Assembly: GCA_017427775.1 (NCBI GenBank)
Contig: JAFRSD010000024.1
Coordinates: 25,808-89,807 of the forward strand
Direction: 5' to 3'
Origin: Lachnospiraceae bacterium
GTDB taxonomy: Bacteria > Bacillota > Clostridia > Lachnospirales > Lachnospiraceae
DNA: 64,000 bases
The translations under genes and the position numbers were made by a program. Each line of letters starts with the position of its first letter. Position 1 is the first letter of the stretch. This document shows, in pieces, positions 9,162-18,789 of this stretch. The notes below the pieces were generated by a model. That model was not told the DNA's origin, ran no database searches, and saw only the letters and a program-made list of their open reading frames with translations.

Positions 9162-10601
9162 ATGGAACAATTTTACAAGGTTCACCTCGGGCCCGCGGTA
9201 TGCGCCGCGGATCTGAGTGACGGCAGCGAACGCGGTCTTTATGTTGACCAGGATACCATTCTCGGAAAACTGCACAGGCCGCACCGTCAGATCAATCTGA
9301 TGTATTGCTACTACCCGAATGACAAGGGCTGGCCGAAGAGAGCCAGTGAGGCATTCCGGAAGGATACGCCCGGCGGCGCGTGGGATTATCCGTATGATGA
9401 TTATTTTCCGTACGGTGGCGGCCTCGGCGGAAACAGTGACGCGGAAGTTTTCGAATGCATGAAGGATGTCCGCAGGCACGGTCAGGATGTGTGCCTGACG
9501 CTTACGATGGATCCGTTTATCAGCGATGAGCAGATCGCAGCGGTTGCGCGGGATCTGATCCCTTACGGAAGAATCACGGTCCGGATCAACCACGAGGCGA
9601 CCGGCAGCTGGTTCTCGTTCAACAAGAGAGCGGACTATAAAACGGTTGCGGCGTTCTTCGTGAAGTGCTGTAACATCTTCCATCGGGAAGCGCCCAACTG
9701 CAGGATTGTCCTTTGTCTGGACGGATGCAAGAGTCTTGACGAAGATAAGATGGTCATGGAAGACATCTTTACCGAAGCCGCGAGGGCAGCCGACGTCGTG
9801 TCCGTGGACCGCTATATGGCGCTTCACTGGGGGTATCCGGCGACGGTTTGTGAGGACAACCGGTTTGCGCAGCGCACGAGCGTTTCGGAGATTTACACGC
9901 TCGGAAAGAGGAGCAGAGACCGGTACCGCATCATGAATCAGGGCGTTACGAAGCCGATGGTGCTTTCGGAATTCAATGCAGACGGAGATGTGACCGGGCC
10001 TTACGAACAGGTCGATATGTACCGGGAGTTCTGCAGGCTTCTTCGAAACGACCCTGATCACTGGCTTTCCGGAATCACCATGTACCAGTTCCGTGATGAC
10101 GGACGGCTCGGGCTTGAGATTACCGATCCGAGCAATCCGAAGAACGGTATCGAGCAGCCGCTTCTTAAGGCGTACCGCGAGCTGATCCGTGAAGAGCCGT
10201 TTGTGCCGTCGATGACGGCAGGAGAGCCGGTTTCCACGGGACAGGTTCTCCGGTTCGGCGGTTTTGAAGACGCGGACGGCATCGGAACGACGATCCGGTT
10301 AGAGAAGAAGCCGGTATTCTTTGAGATTCATTTCGACGGGGCGCTCCGCGATGCCAATCTGATGATCTCGGTTGACGGATACTGGTTTTATAAGAAACCC
10401 GGCGTTTCCTTTATCGACCTGAACAGTGCATTCTTCGAAAAGGAATTCGACGGCGGAGAGGTTACGGTTTCCCTGTTCGCGCCTCCGCGTGACGGTGTGA
10501 ACGATCCTTCGCAGGGTCCTGACTGGACGGAGAATTATTATTATACTTTGCCGGAGCTTCCGACCTTCCGGATCCGTTATAAAGCGGCTATCCCGGGATA
10601 A
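9162..10601 (+). CDS. hypothetical protein, clan GH-A (TIM-barrel glycoside hydrolase)-like, no signal peptide
   Basis: 479 aa. RINHEATG (Asn-x-Glu; Glu codon at 9594-9596) and LSEFNADG (Glu codon at 9969-9971) lie about 125 residues apart. That spacing resembles the acid/base and nucleophile strands of clan GH-A enzymes. The C-terminal ~130 aa look beta-rich. The family is not recognised. Confidence 0.45.
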   Translation: MEQFYKVHLGPAVCAADLSDGSERGLYVDQDTILGKLHRPHRQINLMYCYYPNDKGWPKRASEAFRKDTPGGAWDYPYDDYFPYGGGLGGNSDAEVFECMKDVRRHGQDVCLTLTMDPFISDEQIAAVARDLIPYGRITVRINHEATGSWFSFNKRADYKTVAAFFVKCCNIFHREAPNCRIVLCLDGCKSLDEDKMVMEDIFTEAARAADVVSVDRYMALHWGYPATVCEDNRFAQRTSVSEIYTLGKRSRDRYRIMNQGVTKPMVLSEFNADGDVTGPYEQVDMYREFCRLLRNDPDHWLSGITMYQFRDDGRLGLEITDPSNPKNGIEQPLLKAYRELIREEPFVPSMTAGEPVSTGQVLRFGGFEDADGIGTTIRLEKKPVFFEIHFDGALRDANLMISVDGYWFYKKPGVSFIDLNSAFFEKEFDGGEVTVSLFAPPRDGVNDPSQGPDWTENYYYTLPELPTFRIRYKAAIPG

Positions 10602-10656
10602 AGGAGTCCGCAGGAAAGCGCGTGCGCAAGATGCACGAAGCGGAAAGGAGTACAGT

Positions 10657-10863
10657 ATGTTTCGGATTACCGAAGACACAACCATCGGAGAGCTTCTTGA
10701 AAAATGTCCCGAAGCAGCGGACATTCTGACGGAAATGGGCATGCACTGCATCGGATGTCCTTCCGCAAGAAGAGAGACATTATCCCAGGCCGCGGATGTG
10801 CACGGCATGGACGCGGAATCGCTCGTGGAGGATCTGAAGGGATTTCTGAGCGAGTCTTTATAA
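10657..10863 (+). CDS. DUF1858 / hybrid-cluster-protein-associated redox disulfide domain protein
   Basis: 68 aa. TIGELLEKCPEAADILTEMGMHCIGCP matches the small CxxC DUF1858 family. Confidence 0.75.
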   Translation: MFRITEDTTIGELLEKCPEAADILTEMGMHCIGCPSARRETLSQAADVHGMDAESLVEDLKGFLSESL

Positions 10864-10946
10864 GGACAGGGCGCGGCAAATGCGCAACACAATTTGAACC
10901 AATGCCTGCGGGCATTCTATAGAACAAGTTACAGGAGGTTTTCATT

Positions 10947-12671
10947 ATGGATTATCGTGAAATGTATCGGTTCTGGTGCGAGGATGATTATTTTGATGAC
11001 GCAACCAAGGCGGAGCTTAAGGCTATTGCGGATGACGACAGGGAAATCCGTGAGCGCTTTTACAGAAGCCTTGAGTTCGGTACCGGCGGTCTGAGAGGCA
11101 TTATCGGAGCCGGAACGAACCGGATGAATCTTTATACGGTCAGAAAGGCAACCCAGGGTCTTGCCAATTTTATTAAGAAGGAAGGCGGCGCAGAGAAGGG
11201 CGTGGCAATTGCTTACGATTCCCGCCGCATGTCCATAGAATTCAGTGAGGAGGCGGCGCTCTGCCTTGCGGCAAATGGCATCAAGGCTTACCGTTTCGAG
11301 TCGCTTCGTCCGACTCCCGAGCTTTCTTACGCGGTACGTGAACTCGGCTGTATCGCCGGCATCGTCGTAACCGCGAGCCACAACCCGGCGGAATACAACG
11401 GCTATAAGGTTTACTGGGAAGACGGCGCGCAGGTATGTCCGCCGAAGGATGCGCAGATTATCGACGAAGTAAACGCCGTAACGGATTTCCATGAAGTGAA
11501 GACGATGTCCCGTCTCGATGCGATCAAAGCAGGCCTTTATTTCGTGATCGGTTCCGAAGTAGATGACCAGTACATGGTTGAACTTAAAAAACAGGTGCTT
11601 CGTCCCGACGTCTGCAAGGAGCAGGGCAAGGACATGAAGGTTGTTTACACGCCTCTTCACGGTACCGGCAACATTCCCGCAAGACGTATCTTAAAGGAGA
11701 TCGGATTCGAGCAGGTTTATGTTGTTCCCGAGCAGGAGAAACCCGACGGCAATTTCCCGACCGTAGTCAGCCCGAACCCTGAGAGCAAGGCCGCATTCGA
11801 ACTTGCTTTGGCGCTTGCGAAGAAGGTTGGTGCGGACCTCGTTCTTGCGACCGATCCCGATGCCGACCGTCTCGGTGTATACGCAAAGGATTCCGAGACC
11901 GGCGAATATATGTCATTTACCGGTAACATGTCCGGCATGCTGATCTGCGAATATCTCTTAAGCACAAGACAGGAACTCGGCCTTCTGCATGACGACGGAT
12001 TCCTTGTTAAGACGATCGTTTCGACCAATATGACCGATCTGATCGCAAAGGAATACAATATGGACCTGAAGGAATGTCTGACCGGCTTCAAGTACATCGG
12101 CGAGCTGATCAAACTTTCCGAGCAGAGCGGCAAAGGCCATTACGAGTTTGGCTTTGAAGAGAGCTACGGATGCCTTGTCGGAACGCACGCGAGAGACAAG
12201 GACGCAATCGTAGCCGTTATGATGCTTTGTGAGGCTGCGGCATATTACCGCAAGCAGGGTCTCACGCTGTGGGATCAGATGATGAACATCTACCGCAAGT
12301 ACGGATTCTTCCGCGAAGGTATCGAGACGCTTACATTAAAGGGCTTTGAAGGTGCGGAAGCGATCAAATCCATGATGGATAAGATCCGCAACAATCCTCC
12401 AAAGAAGCTCGGCGGATACGATGTGCTTGAATTCCGTGATTACGATAAGAATGTTGTTCTGAAGACCGCGACCGGCGAAACCGGTCCGACCGGACTCAGA
12501 AAGTCCAATGTACTGTACTTTGACCTGAACGATAACGCCTGGGCGTGCGTACGTCCTTCCGGAACCGAGCCCAAGATCAAGTTCTATATGGGCGTTAAGG
12601 GAACAAGCTTCGCTGACGCCGATGCCAAACTGAAGGCACTTGACGAAGCGGTTATGGAACTCTCAAAATAA
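10947..12671 (+). CDS. pgcA: alpha-phosphoglucomutase / phosphomannomutase family protein
   Basis: 574 aa. Active-site serine loop VTASHNPAEYNGYKVY and metal loop ATDPDADR; length is typical of Firmicute PgcA. Confidence 0.85.
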   Translation: MDYREMYRFWCEDDYFDDATKAELKAIADDDREIRERFYRSLEFGTGGLRGIIGAGTNRMNLYTVRKATQGLANFIKKEGGAEKGVAIAYDSRRMSIEFSEEAALCLAANGIKAYRFESLRPTPELSYAVRELGCIAGIVVTASHNPAEYNGYKVYWEDGAQVCPPKDAQIIDEVNAVTDFHEVKTMSRLDAIKAGLYFVIGSEVDDQYMVELKKQVLRPDVCKEQGKDMKVVYTPLHGTGNIPARRILKEIGFEQVYVVPEQEKPDGNFPTVVSPNPESKAAFELALALAKKVGADLVLATDPDADRLGVYAKDSETGEYMSFTGNMSGMLICEYLLSTRQELGLLHDDGFLVKTIVSTNMTDLIAKEYNMDLKECLTGFKYIGELIKLSEQSGKGHYEFGFEESYGCLVGTHARDKDAIVAVMMLCEAAAYYRKQGLTLWDQMMNIYRKYGFFREGIETLTLKGFEGAEAIKSMMDKIRNNPPKKLGGYDVLEFRDYDKNVVLKTATGETGPTGLRKSNVLYFDLNDNAWACVRPSGTEPKIKFYMGVKGTSFADADAKLKALDEAVMELSK

Positions 12672-12686
12672 CAGTCGGAGTACGAA

Positions 12687-13634
12687 ATGAAACAAATTCT
12701 ATTTATCGAACCGGTCCTTAAGGAACGGATCTGGGGCGGGACAAGGCTTAACGAATACGGCTATGACCTGCCGTCGGACCAGACGGGTGAATGCTGGGCG
12801 ATCAGCGCGCATCCGCACGGGGACTGTGTTGTTCGAAACGGATTGTATTCGGGTAAGACTCTCAGCTCCCTGTGGAATGACCACAGGGAGTTGTTCGGAT
12901 TACCGGACGCAAAGGAATTTCCGCTTCTCATCAAGATTATTGATGCGAGAACGGATCTGAGCGTCCAGGTGCATCCCGATGACGCCTATGCTGCGGAGCA
13001 TGAGAACGGGGCCTTCGGCAAGACTGAGTGCTGGTATGTCCTCGACTGTAAAGACGACGCAACCATCGTGATCGGCCATAACGCTAAGACAAAGGAGGAG
13101 GCAGAGCAGCTGATCCGCGAGGGGCGGTTCCGGGAACTGATCCGGGAGATTCCCGTTCATAAGGGGGATTTCTTCCAGATCGAGCCGGGCGTTCTGCACG
13201 CGATCAAGGGCGGCACGCTGATCCTTGAGACGCAGCAGAACAGCGACGTGACCTACCGTGTTTACGACTATGACCGTCTGGAGAACGGCAAGCCGCGGGA
13301 ACTGCATAAAGAGCAGAGCCTCGCCGTCATGAAATGTCCGTTCCGTCCGAAACTCGGAAAGCCCGTTACATACCGTGTCGGCGCGGCGCAGGTTGACCAT
13401 CTGATCACCTGCCCCTATTACAGCGTGGAGCATATCACCCTTTACGGATCGGCTTCCTTTACCGCAGGAAAGGTGTTCCAGAACATCAGTATCATTGACG
13501 GACAGGGCGCGATCGACGGCGTCCCGGTGCGAAAAGGAGACCATCTGATCATCCCTGCCGGGTACGGAATCTTTGAATTGTCCGGCGACCTGCAGGTCAT
13601 TCGGAGCTCACCTTGTGAATTAATGGTGAAATAA
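12687..13634 (+). CDS. manA: mannose-6-phosphate isomerase, class I
   Basis: 315 aa. ERIWGG, GECWAISAHPHG, QVHPDD and the cupin core match type I PMI of Firmicutes. Confidence 0.88.
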   Translation: MKQILFIEPVLKERIWGGTRLNEYGYDLPSDQTGECWAISAHPHGDCVVRNGLYSGKTLSSLWNDHRELFGLPDAKEFPLLIKIIDARTDLSVQVHPDDAYAAEHENGAFGKTECWYVLDCKDDATIVIGHNAKTKEEAEQLIREGRFRELIREIPVHKGDFFQIEPGVLHAIKGGTLILETQQNSDVTYRVYDYDRLENGKPRELHKEQSLAVMKCPFRPKLGKPVTYRVGAAQVDHLITCPYYSVEHITLYGSASFTAGKVFQNISIIDGQGAIDGVPVRKGDHLIIPAGYGIFELSGDLQVIRSSPCELMVK

Positions 13635-13645
13635 GTGAAAATAGT

Positions 13646-13674
13646 TTGAATTATTAACTGATTAATGATATAAT
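13646..13674 (+). promoter_or_regulatory. sigma-A-type promoter upstream of fhs
   Basis: TTGAAT (13646-13651), 17-nt spacer, TGa-TATAAT (13669-13674), in an AT-rich intergenic region. Confidence 0.7.
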
Positions 13675-13753
13675 CACTTTTTGTGAGGTTTTCGGAAAAT
13701 GACATGATTTTTCCCATTTTCCGCACCATAACATGAGAAGGAGAGGTGTCAGT

Positions 13754-15424
13754 ATGAAAACGGATATTCAGATTGCACAGGAAGCGGTAATGCAGCCGAT
13801 CGGCAAGGTTGCGGCCAAGCTCGGCATTACGGAAGATGATCTTGAGTATTACGGCAAATACAAAGCAAAACTTTCGGATGAGCTTCTCACCCGGATTGCA
13901 AATAACCCTGACGGCAAGCTTGTACTTGTGACGGCGATCAACCCGACGCCCGCAGGCGAGGGAAAGACAACAACGACGGTCGGACTTGGGGAAGCACTCG
14001 GCCGCCTCGGAAAGAAGTCGGTCATCGCACTCCGCGAACCGTCTCTCGGACCGTGTTTCGGCGTGAAGGGCGGCGCGGCCGGCGGCGGATATGCACAGGT
14101 TGTTCCGATGGAGGACCTGAACCTGCATTTTACCGGCGATTTCCATGCGATCACTTCCGCGAACAATCTGCTTGCTGCCATGCTTGACAACCATATCATG
14201 CAGGGCAACACGCTCGGCATCGACCCGAACCAGGTTGTATGGAAGAGATGTCTTGATATGAATGACCGTGCGCTCCGCAACATCGTCATCGGACTCGGAA
14301 AGAAGACCGACGGCGTTGTCCGCGAAGACCACTTTATCATTACCGTTGCTTCGGAGATCATGGCAATCCTTTGTCTGGCAAAGGACATGAAGGACCTGAA
14401 GGATCGTCTCGGAAAGATCATCGTAGCCTATACTTACGACGGCGAGCCCGTAACTGCGGCGCAGCTGCAGGCGGTCGGATCGATGGCGGCCCTTTTGAAG
14501 GATGCGCTTCGTCCGAACCTGATCCAGACGATTGAAAATACGCCCGCGATCGTACACGGCGGTCCGTTCGCGAACATCGCGCACGGCTGCAACAGCGTAC
14601 GCGCGACGAAGGCGGCATTGAAGCTTTGCGATATCGTGATCACCGAGGCAGGCTTCGGCGCGGATCTCGGTGCCGAGAAGTTCTTCGACATCAAATGCCG
14701 TAAGGCAGGCCTTAAGCCCGATGCGGTTGTGCTTGTTGCGACGGTCCGCGCGCTGAAGTATAACGGCGGCGTACCGAAGACCGAACTCGCGGCCGAGAAT
14801 CTGGATGCTTTGAAGAAGGGTATCGTAAACCTCGAGAAGCATATCGAGAACCTGCAGGCCTACGGCGTTCCGGTTGTTGTTACGCTGAACCGCTTTACCG
14901 AGGATACCGATGCGGAGCTCACATTTGTCCGTAACTTCTGCGAGGAGCGCGGATGTGATTTCGCCCTTTCGGAAGTTTGGGCAAAGGGCGGCGAGGGCGG
15001 CCTTGAGCTTGCCAACCGCGTGCTTAAGACGCTTGAAGAGAAGAAGAGCAATTTCGCTCCGATCTATCCCGACGAGATGCCTCTTAAGGAGAAGATCGAA
15101 ACCGTTTGCAAGAAGATCTACGGTGCCGACGGCGTGATCTTTGACCCGGCCGCCGAGAAGATGCTTACGAAACTGACGGATCTCGGTTTCGGTAACTTCC
15201 CGGTATGTATGGCCAAGACCCAGTACTCCCTTTCGGATGACCCCGCGAAGCTCGGACGTCCGACCGGTTACCGGGTAACCGTACGGGAAGTATATGTTTC
15301 TGCAGGCGCAGGATTTGTCGTTGCGCTGACCGGCACGATCATGACGATGCCCGGCCTTCCGAAGCGGCCCGCAGCGGAACGGATTGATGTAAGTGATGAC
15401 GGCGTGATTGACGGATTGTTCTGA
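13754..15424 (+). CDS. fhs: formate--tetrahydrofolate ligase
   Basis: [11 protein letters not shown]..., [14 protein letters not shown] (P-loop), and [13 protein letters not shown]. The start at 13754 is preceded by GGAGAGG; the track start at 13733 has no RBS. Confidence 0.95.
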   Translation: MKTDIQIAQEAVMQPIGKVAAKLGITEDDLEYYGKYKAKLSDELLTRIANNPDGKLVLVTAINPTPAGEGKTTTTVGLGEALGRLGKKSVIALREPSLGPCFGVKGGAAGGGYAQVVPMEDLNLHFTGDFHAITSANNLLAAMLDNHIMQGNTLGIDPNQVVWKRCLDMNDRALRNIVIGLGKKTDGVVREDHFIITVASEIMAILCLAKDMKDLKDRLGKIIVAYTYDGEPVTAAQLQAVGSMAALLKDALRPNLIQTIENTPAIVHGGPFANIAHGCNSVRATKAALKLCDIVITEAGFGADLGAEKFFDIKCRKAGLKPDAVVLVATVRALKYNGGVPKTELAAENLDALKKGIVNLEKHIENLQAYGVPVVVTLNRFTEDTDAELTFVRNFCEERGCDFALSEVWAKGGEGGLELANRVLKTLEEKKSNFAPIYPDEMPLKEKIETVCKKIYGADGVIFDPAAEKMLTKLTDLGFGNFPVCMAKTQYSLSDDPAKLGRPTGYRVTVREVYVSAGAGFVVALTGTIMTMPGLPKRPAAERIDVSDDGVIDGLF

Positions 15425-15507
15425 TCGTGCCGATCGGAATAATTGATTCAGCTTGTCATTGAAACGCTCGGGCCGGATCGGTCCGGGCGTCATATAAGGA
15501 GGGTATA

Positions 15508-16584
15508 ATGAAGAGAAAGAAACTGCTTTGCCTGCTTCTTTCCGCGGTAATGCTGACCGGATGCGGTCTGCTTCCGCAGGAGGAAAAGGCACGCAAGGCG
15601 CCTGTCAACAAGATATCGGTTGATACGCAGTATTTCACTACGGCAACCGTTGCCCGCGGAGACGTAGCCAAATGCTTTACCGCCGTCTGCAATTACGGTA
15701 AGCAGGAAGTGGAGAATCTCGCATTCAATCTGCCGAATGAAATTCTCGTGGGGCTTTACGTGCAGACCGGCGATTCCGTGTATGAGGGACAGCTCCTCGC
15801 GGAGATTACTCCGGGCACTCTTGAGGACGAGATCGAAGAATGTGAAAAAGTCTGCAGACAGACCGATGAGGATCTGAAGTATTACACGCAGATGGAAGGC
15901 TTCGAACTGGAACGTCAGAAGCTTGCCAAGAATTACGGACGCAAATACGACACCGCAAAGCTTGACGATCTGACGGCCAAGCGTAAGGACCTTGAAGGCC
16001 AGAAGAAGGTTGCTGATTTCAAACTTGCCGAAGCCAAAGACAAGATGAAGGGCCGCCGTCTGACCGCTTCTTTTAACGGCGTTGTTACGTATGTCCGTGA
16101 AGTACGTCCTTGGGAGCGTACCAACACGAGCACGTTCATTACCGTTGCCAGCAACGAAACCGGCTTCCTCACGACCGTTGAGGATACCGATATCGGCCTT
16201 TTCAAGCAGGGGGAAACCTACAATATCGAGACCGAAACCGATACAATCCCCTGCACGCTTTATGCGGTTAAGCAGAACAAACGGTTTGATACCCGCTACG
16301 ACCTCGTATTTATCCCGACCGATCCCGAACTGGAGTTTGAGGCCGGTGAAATGGGTACCATTTCCATCGTTCTCGAGGAAGTAAAGAATGTCATCAACAT
16401 TCCGACCGACGCGCTTCGCAAGATCGGCGACAAGGATGCCGTATATGTCCTGAACAAGGACGGCATGCGCGATATCCGTTACGTGGAAGTCGGTCTCAGC
16501 ATTAAAGACACATTTTCCGCTGAAAATAACCGTACCGAGATCAAATCGGGCCTTTCCGAAGGCGATATCATCATTATCAGGTAA
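15508..16584 (+). CDS. HlyD-family periplasmic-adaptor-like lipoprotein
   Basis: Lipobox signal peptide MKRKKLLCLLLSAVMLTGCG. Lipoyl-like motif GDSVYEGQLLAEI, a coiled-coil segment, and a beta-barrel/membrane-proximal end (IPTDALRK..AVYVLN....VEVGL). RBS AAGGAGGG. Confidence 0.8.
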   Translation: MKRKKLLCLLLSAVMLTGCGLLPQEEKARKAPVNKISVDTQYFTTATVARGDVAKCFTAVCNYGKQEVENLAFNLPNEILVGLYVQTGDSVYEGQLLAEITPGTLEDEIEECEKVCRQTDEDLKYYTQMEGFELERQKLAKNYGRKYDTAKLDDLTAKRKDLEGQKKVADFKLAEAKDKMKGRRLTASFNGVVTYVREVRPWERTNTSTFITVASNETGFLTTVEDTDIGLFKQGETYNIETETDTIPCTLYAVKQNKRFDTRYDLVFIPTDPELEFEAGEMGTISIVLEEVKNVINIPTDALRKIGDKDAVYVLNKDGMRDIRYVEVGLSIKDTFSAENNRTEIKSGLSEGDIIIIR

Positions 16585-16596
16585 GGAGACAGTAAA

Positions 16597-18777
16597 GTGA
16601 AAAGATACAGTAAACTTCTGGGTGTATTGCTGATTGCCGCTTTGCTGTTGCCCGGCTGTCAGAAAGCGGTACAGGTTCCGGAGCTCGCGGTTCCGATCGA
16701 GAACCCCGATGCCGTATTCACCGCGAAGAAGATGGAATTAAAAACAACCTATATCAATGAAGGTTCGGTCTGCCCCGAAGTAACGGACATCAAATTCGAC
16801 TTTGATTCCAAGGTTTACGATGTGCAGGTCCGTACCGGCGATTTCGTAAAGGAAGGCGACCTGTTGTTCCGCCTCGACGAATCGCTTGAGGTCCGCGTGA
16901 AGGAAGCGGAAGTCGAGCTGACGCTCCGCAAGAAGGACTACGAGGTAGCCCTGAAGCAGCACAACGACCAGATCAAGAACATGAAGAACCTGAAGAACAT
17001 GTTCGCCAACATGCAGGACTGGTACGACTACAATCTCTGGGATATCAACATCCGCGAGAACGAAGCGCAGTTCGATATCCGTTATGAGAACGTATACCAG
17101 GATATCCTGAAGTTTGAGGATGAGTATCTCGAACTCAAGGAGCAGTACGAGAAATCCGTGATCACGGCACCCTGCGACGGTCAGATCGTTTACATTTCCG
17201 TTGAGGATGACGACGACACGTTCGGAGAAGATATGACCGTTGTTTCGATCGCTCGTCAGGATAAGAAGCTCCTTTGCTGCAATCTGATTGAGACAAAGGA
17301 ATACGAAGCCTATACCGAAGTCAAGGCTCTCGTGAACGGCATAGAGTACGAGATCGAAATGATCCCGCCGGACGAGGAGGACATCTATGAGCGTGAACTC
17401 CGCGGACAGACGCTGTATTCCTATTTCACCGTAAAGGATCTTCCGGATTCCGTTAAGTTCGGTGATTACGCTTTGTTCTATCTGACCGTTTCGAGCGGCG
17501 AAGAGGTACTTGCGGTACCGAGCGAAGCGCTTACGAAATCGGGTTCCCAGTATTACGTGAAAGTGGTTTCCGGCGATAAGCAGGGCCTCCGTCCCGTAAC
17601 GCTCGGATTCAGCAACAAGAATTATACCGAGATCACGTCCGGACTTACCGAGGGTGAGACCGTATTTGTCGCAAATAACCTCGGACGGTACGGAATGCAA
17701 TATGAGACCGTGAATCTGAAGACCGAGAACTTCACCGAGGACGGCAGCGTGTTCATCGAACGCCGCTCGCTGAACGCGGAACCGTTCTACAACGAATGCC
17801 CGGGCAAGATCAAGCAGCTGTATGTTTCGAATTTCTCGCAGGTATATGTATCCGCAGGACAGCCGCTTTACACGGTTGAGCCGAATATCAGCCAGGCGGA
17901 TAAGGAAGAGGCCAACCGTCAGTACGAACTGGCGAAGTCCACTTACACGAACCGTCTGAAGAATGATAAAAAGACGCTTGATGAGCAACTTAAGAAACTG
18001 AAGCAGATGAGCAAGTCCGTCGAAAAGGAACTTGCCCAGCTGAAGTATAATAAGGCGCTCGAAGAGTATAACCAGTACGTTATCGACGGCCAGGAGCTGA
18101 TCGACAAATGGAAAGAACGCGTGGAAGCATTCGCGGAATGGGAGAAGGGTGACTACACCGTATATGCGGAAAAGGACGGTTTCTTCAGTTCCTTCGCGAA
18201 GTATTCGGTCGGCAGGGAGATTGCGGCCGACGAGTATGTATGCGATTTTTATTCGGTTGATTCGCTCGTATTTATCGGTCAGGATGATTCCCGTACCGCC
18301 CGTTACGGCATGGTAGTCGACGTCGAGTACCGTGTTGACGGCGAGACCTTTACCAAGAAGGGCAAAGTGATTTCCGCTTACGACGTGCGTCCCGAAGAAG
18401 CTCCCGACGTAACGTATGTATACGTTCAGCTGGACGATGACGATTACAAGGACATCATCGCTCAGGCACATGCCGTATTTGAGTACTGCTTCGCGGAAAA
18501 TGTCACGACGATCCCGACCGAGCTCATATATCGTGATACTTCGAAGAAGAGTAATTCCTCGAAAGAGGAAGAAGAGGAGGAAACCTCCGACGCACCGGCA
18601 GTGATCGGCGGAGATAATCTTTCCGAAGAGGAAGCTTCCAGAGGTGTTCCGTACGTCTGGGTTTATGACGGTAACGGACAGATTGTTAAGCGTTATATAA
18701 AGATTGTACGTTCGACGCGCGCCGCCACATGGGTATGTGACGGATTAGACGCAAGCGACCGGCTCGTCGTACACTAG
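16597..18777 (+). CDS. internally duplicated HlyD-family adaptor-like lipoprotein
   Basis: GTG start after AAGGAG. Lipobox LLLPGCQ. Two successive lipoyl / coiled-coil / lipoyl units (GDFVKEGDLLFRLDES...ITAPCDGQIVYI, and VSAGQPLYTVEP...VYAEKDGFFSSF). Poly-Glu tract SKEEEEEETS near the C-terminus. Confidence 0.75.
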   Translation: MKRYSKLLGVLLIAALLLPGCQKAVQVPELAVPIENPDAVFTAKKMELKTTYINEGSVCPEVTDIKFDFDSKVYDVQVRTGDFVKEGDLLFRLDESLEVRVKEAEVELTLRKKDYEVALKQHNDQIKNMKNLKNMFANMQDWYDYNLWDINIRENEAQFDIRYENVYQDILKFEDEYLELKEQYEKSVITAPCDGQIVYISVEDDDDTFGEDMTVVSIARQDKKLLCCNLIETKEYEAYTEVKALVNGIEYEIEMIPPDEEDIYERELRGQTLYSYFTVKDLPDSVKFGDYALFYLTVSSGEEVLAVPSEALTKSGSQYYVKVVSGDKQGLRPVTLGFSNKNYTEITSGLTEGETVFVANNLGRYGMQYETVNLKTENFTEDGSVFIERRSLNAEPFYNECPGKIKQLYVSNFSQVYVSAGQPLYTVEPNISQADKEEANRQYELAKSTYTNRLKNDKKTLDEQLKKLKQMSKSVEKELAQLKYNKALEEYNQYVIDGQELIDKWKERVEAFAEWEKGDYTVYAEKDGFFSSFAKYSVGREIAADEYVCDFYSVDSLVFIGQDDSRTARYGMVVDVEYRVDGETFTKKGKVISAYDVRPEEAPDVTYVYVQLDDDDYKDIIAQAHAVFEYCFAENVTTIPTELIYRDTSKKSNSSKEEEEEETSDAPAVIGGDNLSEEEASRGVPYVWVYDGNGQIVKRYIKIVRSTRAATWVCDGLDASDRLVVH

Positions 18778-18789
18778 GAGGATTGGCAC

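Noticed and set aside
8304-10061. 585-aa minus-strand ORF across the mutS 3' end and the GH-A-like gene
   Set aside because: It is a shadow ORF opposite two well-supported plus-strand genes, with a low-complexity Arg-rich translation and no motifs.
13640-13753. ZTP (pfl) or THF riboswitch upstream of fhs
   Set aside because: The leader is only ~75 nt. I cannot find the conserved ZTP cores (GGGUCGUG..., CCGCCUGGGCA) or THF-like motifs; only a simple hairpin is present.
13442-15592. 716-aa ORF on the minus strand spanning the manA 3' end, the fhs promoter region, all of fhs and the start of the ABC lipoprotein gene
   Set aside because: It is antisense to genes with unambiguous family motifs (fhs P-loop and others). 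Its translation is Arg/Leu-rich with no recognisable motifs. It lacks an RBS and crosses a promoter. Long stop-free antisense frames are expected in GC-rich genes with strong codon bias.
16738-18471. 577-aa minus-strand ORF inside the large adaptor gene
   Set aside because: The plus-strand frame has a lipobox, an RBS and HlyD-like motifs. The antisense translation is Leu/Ile/Val-rich without motifs.
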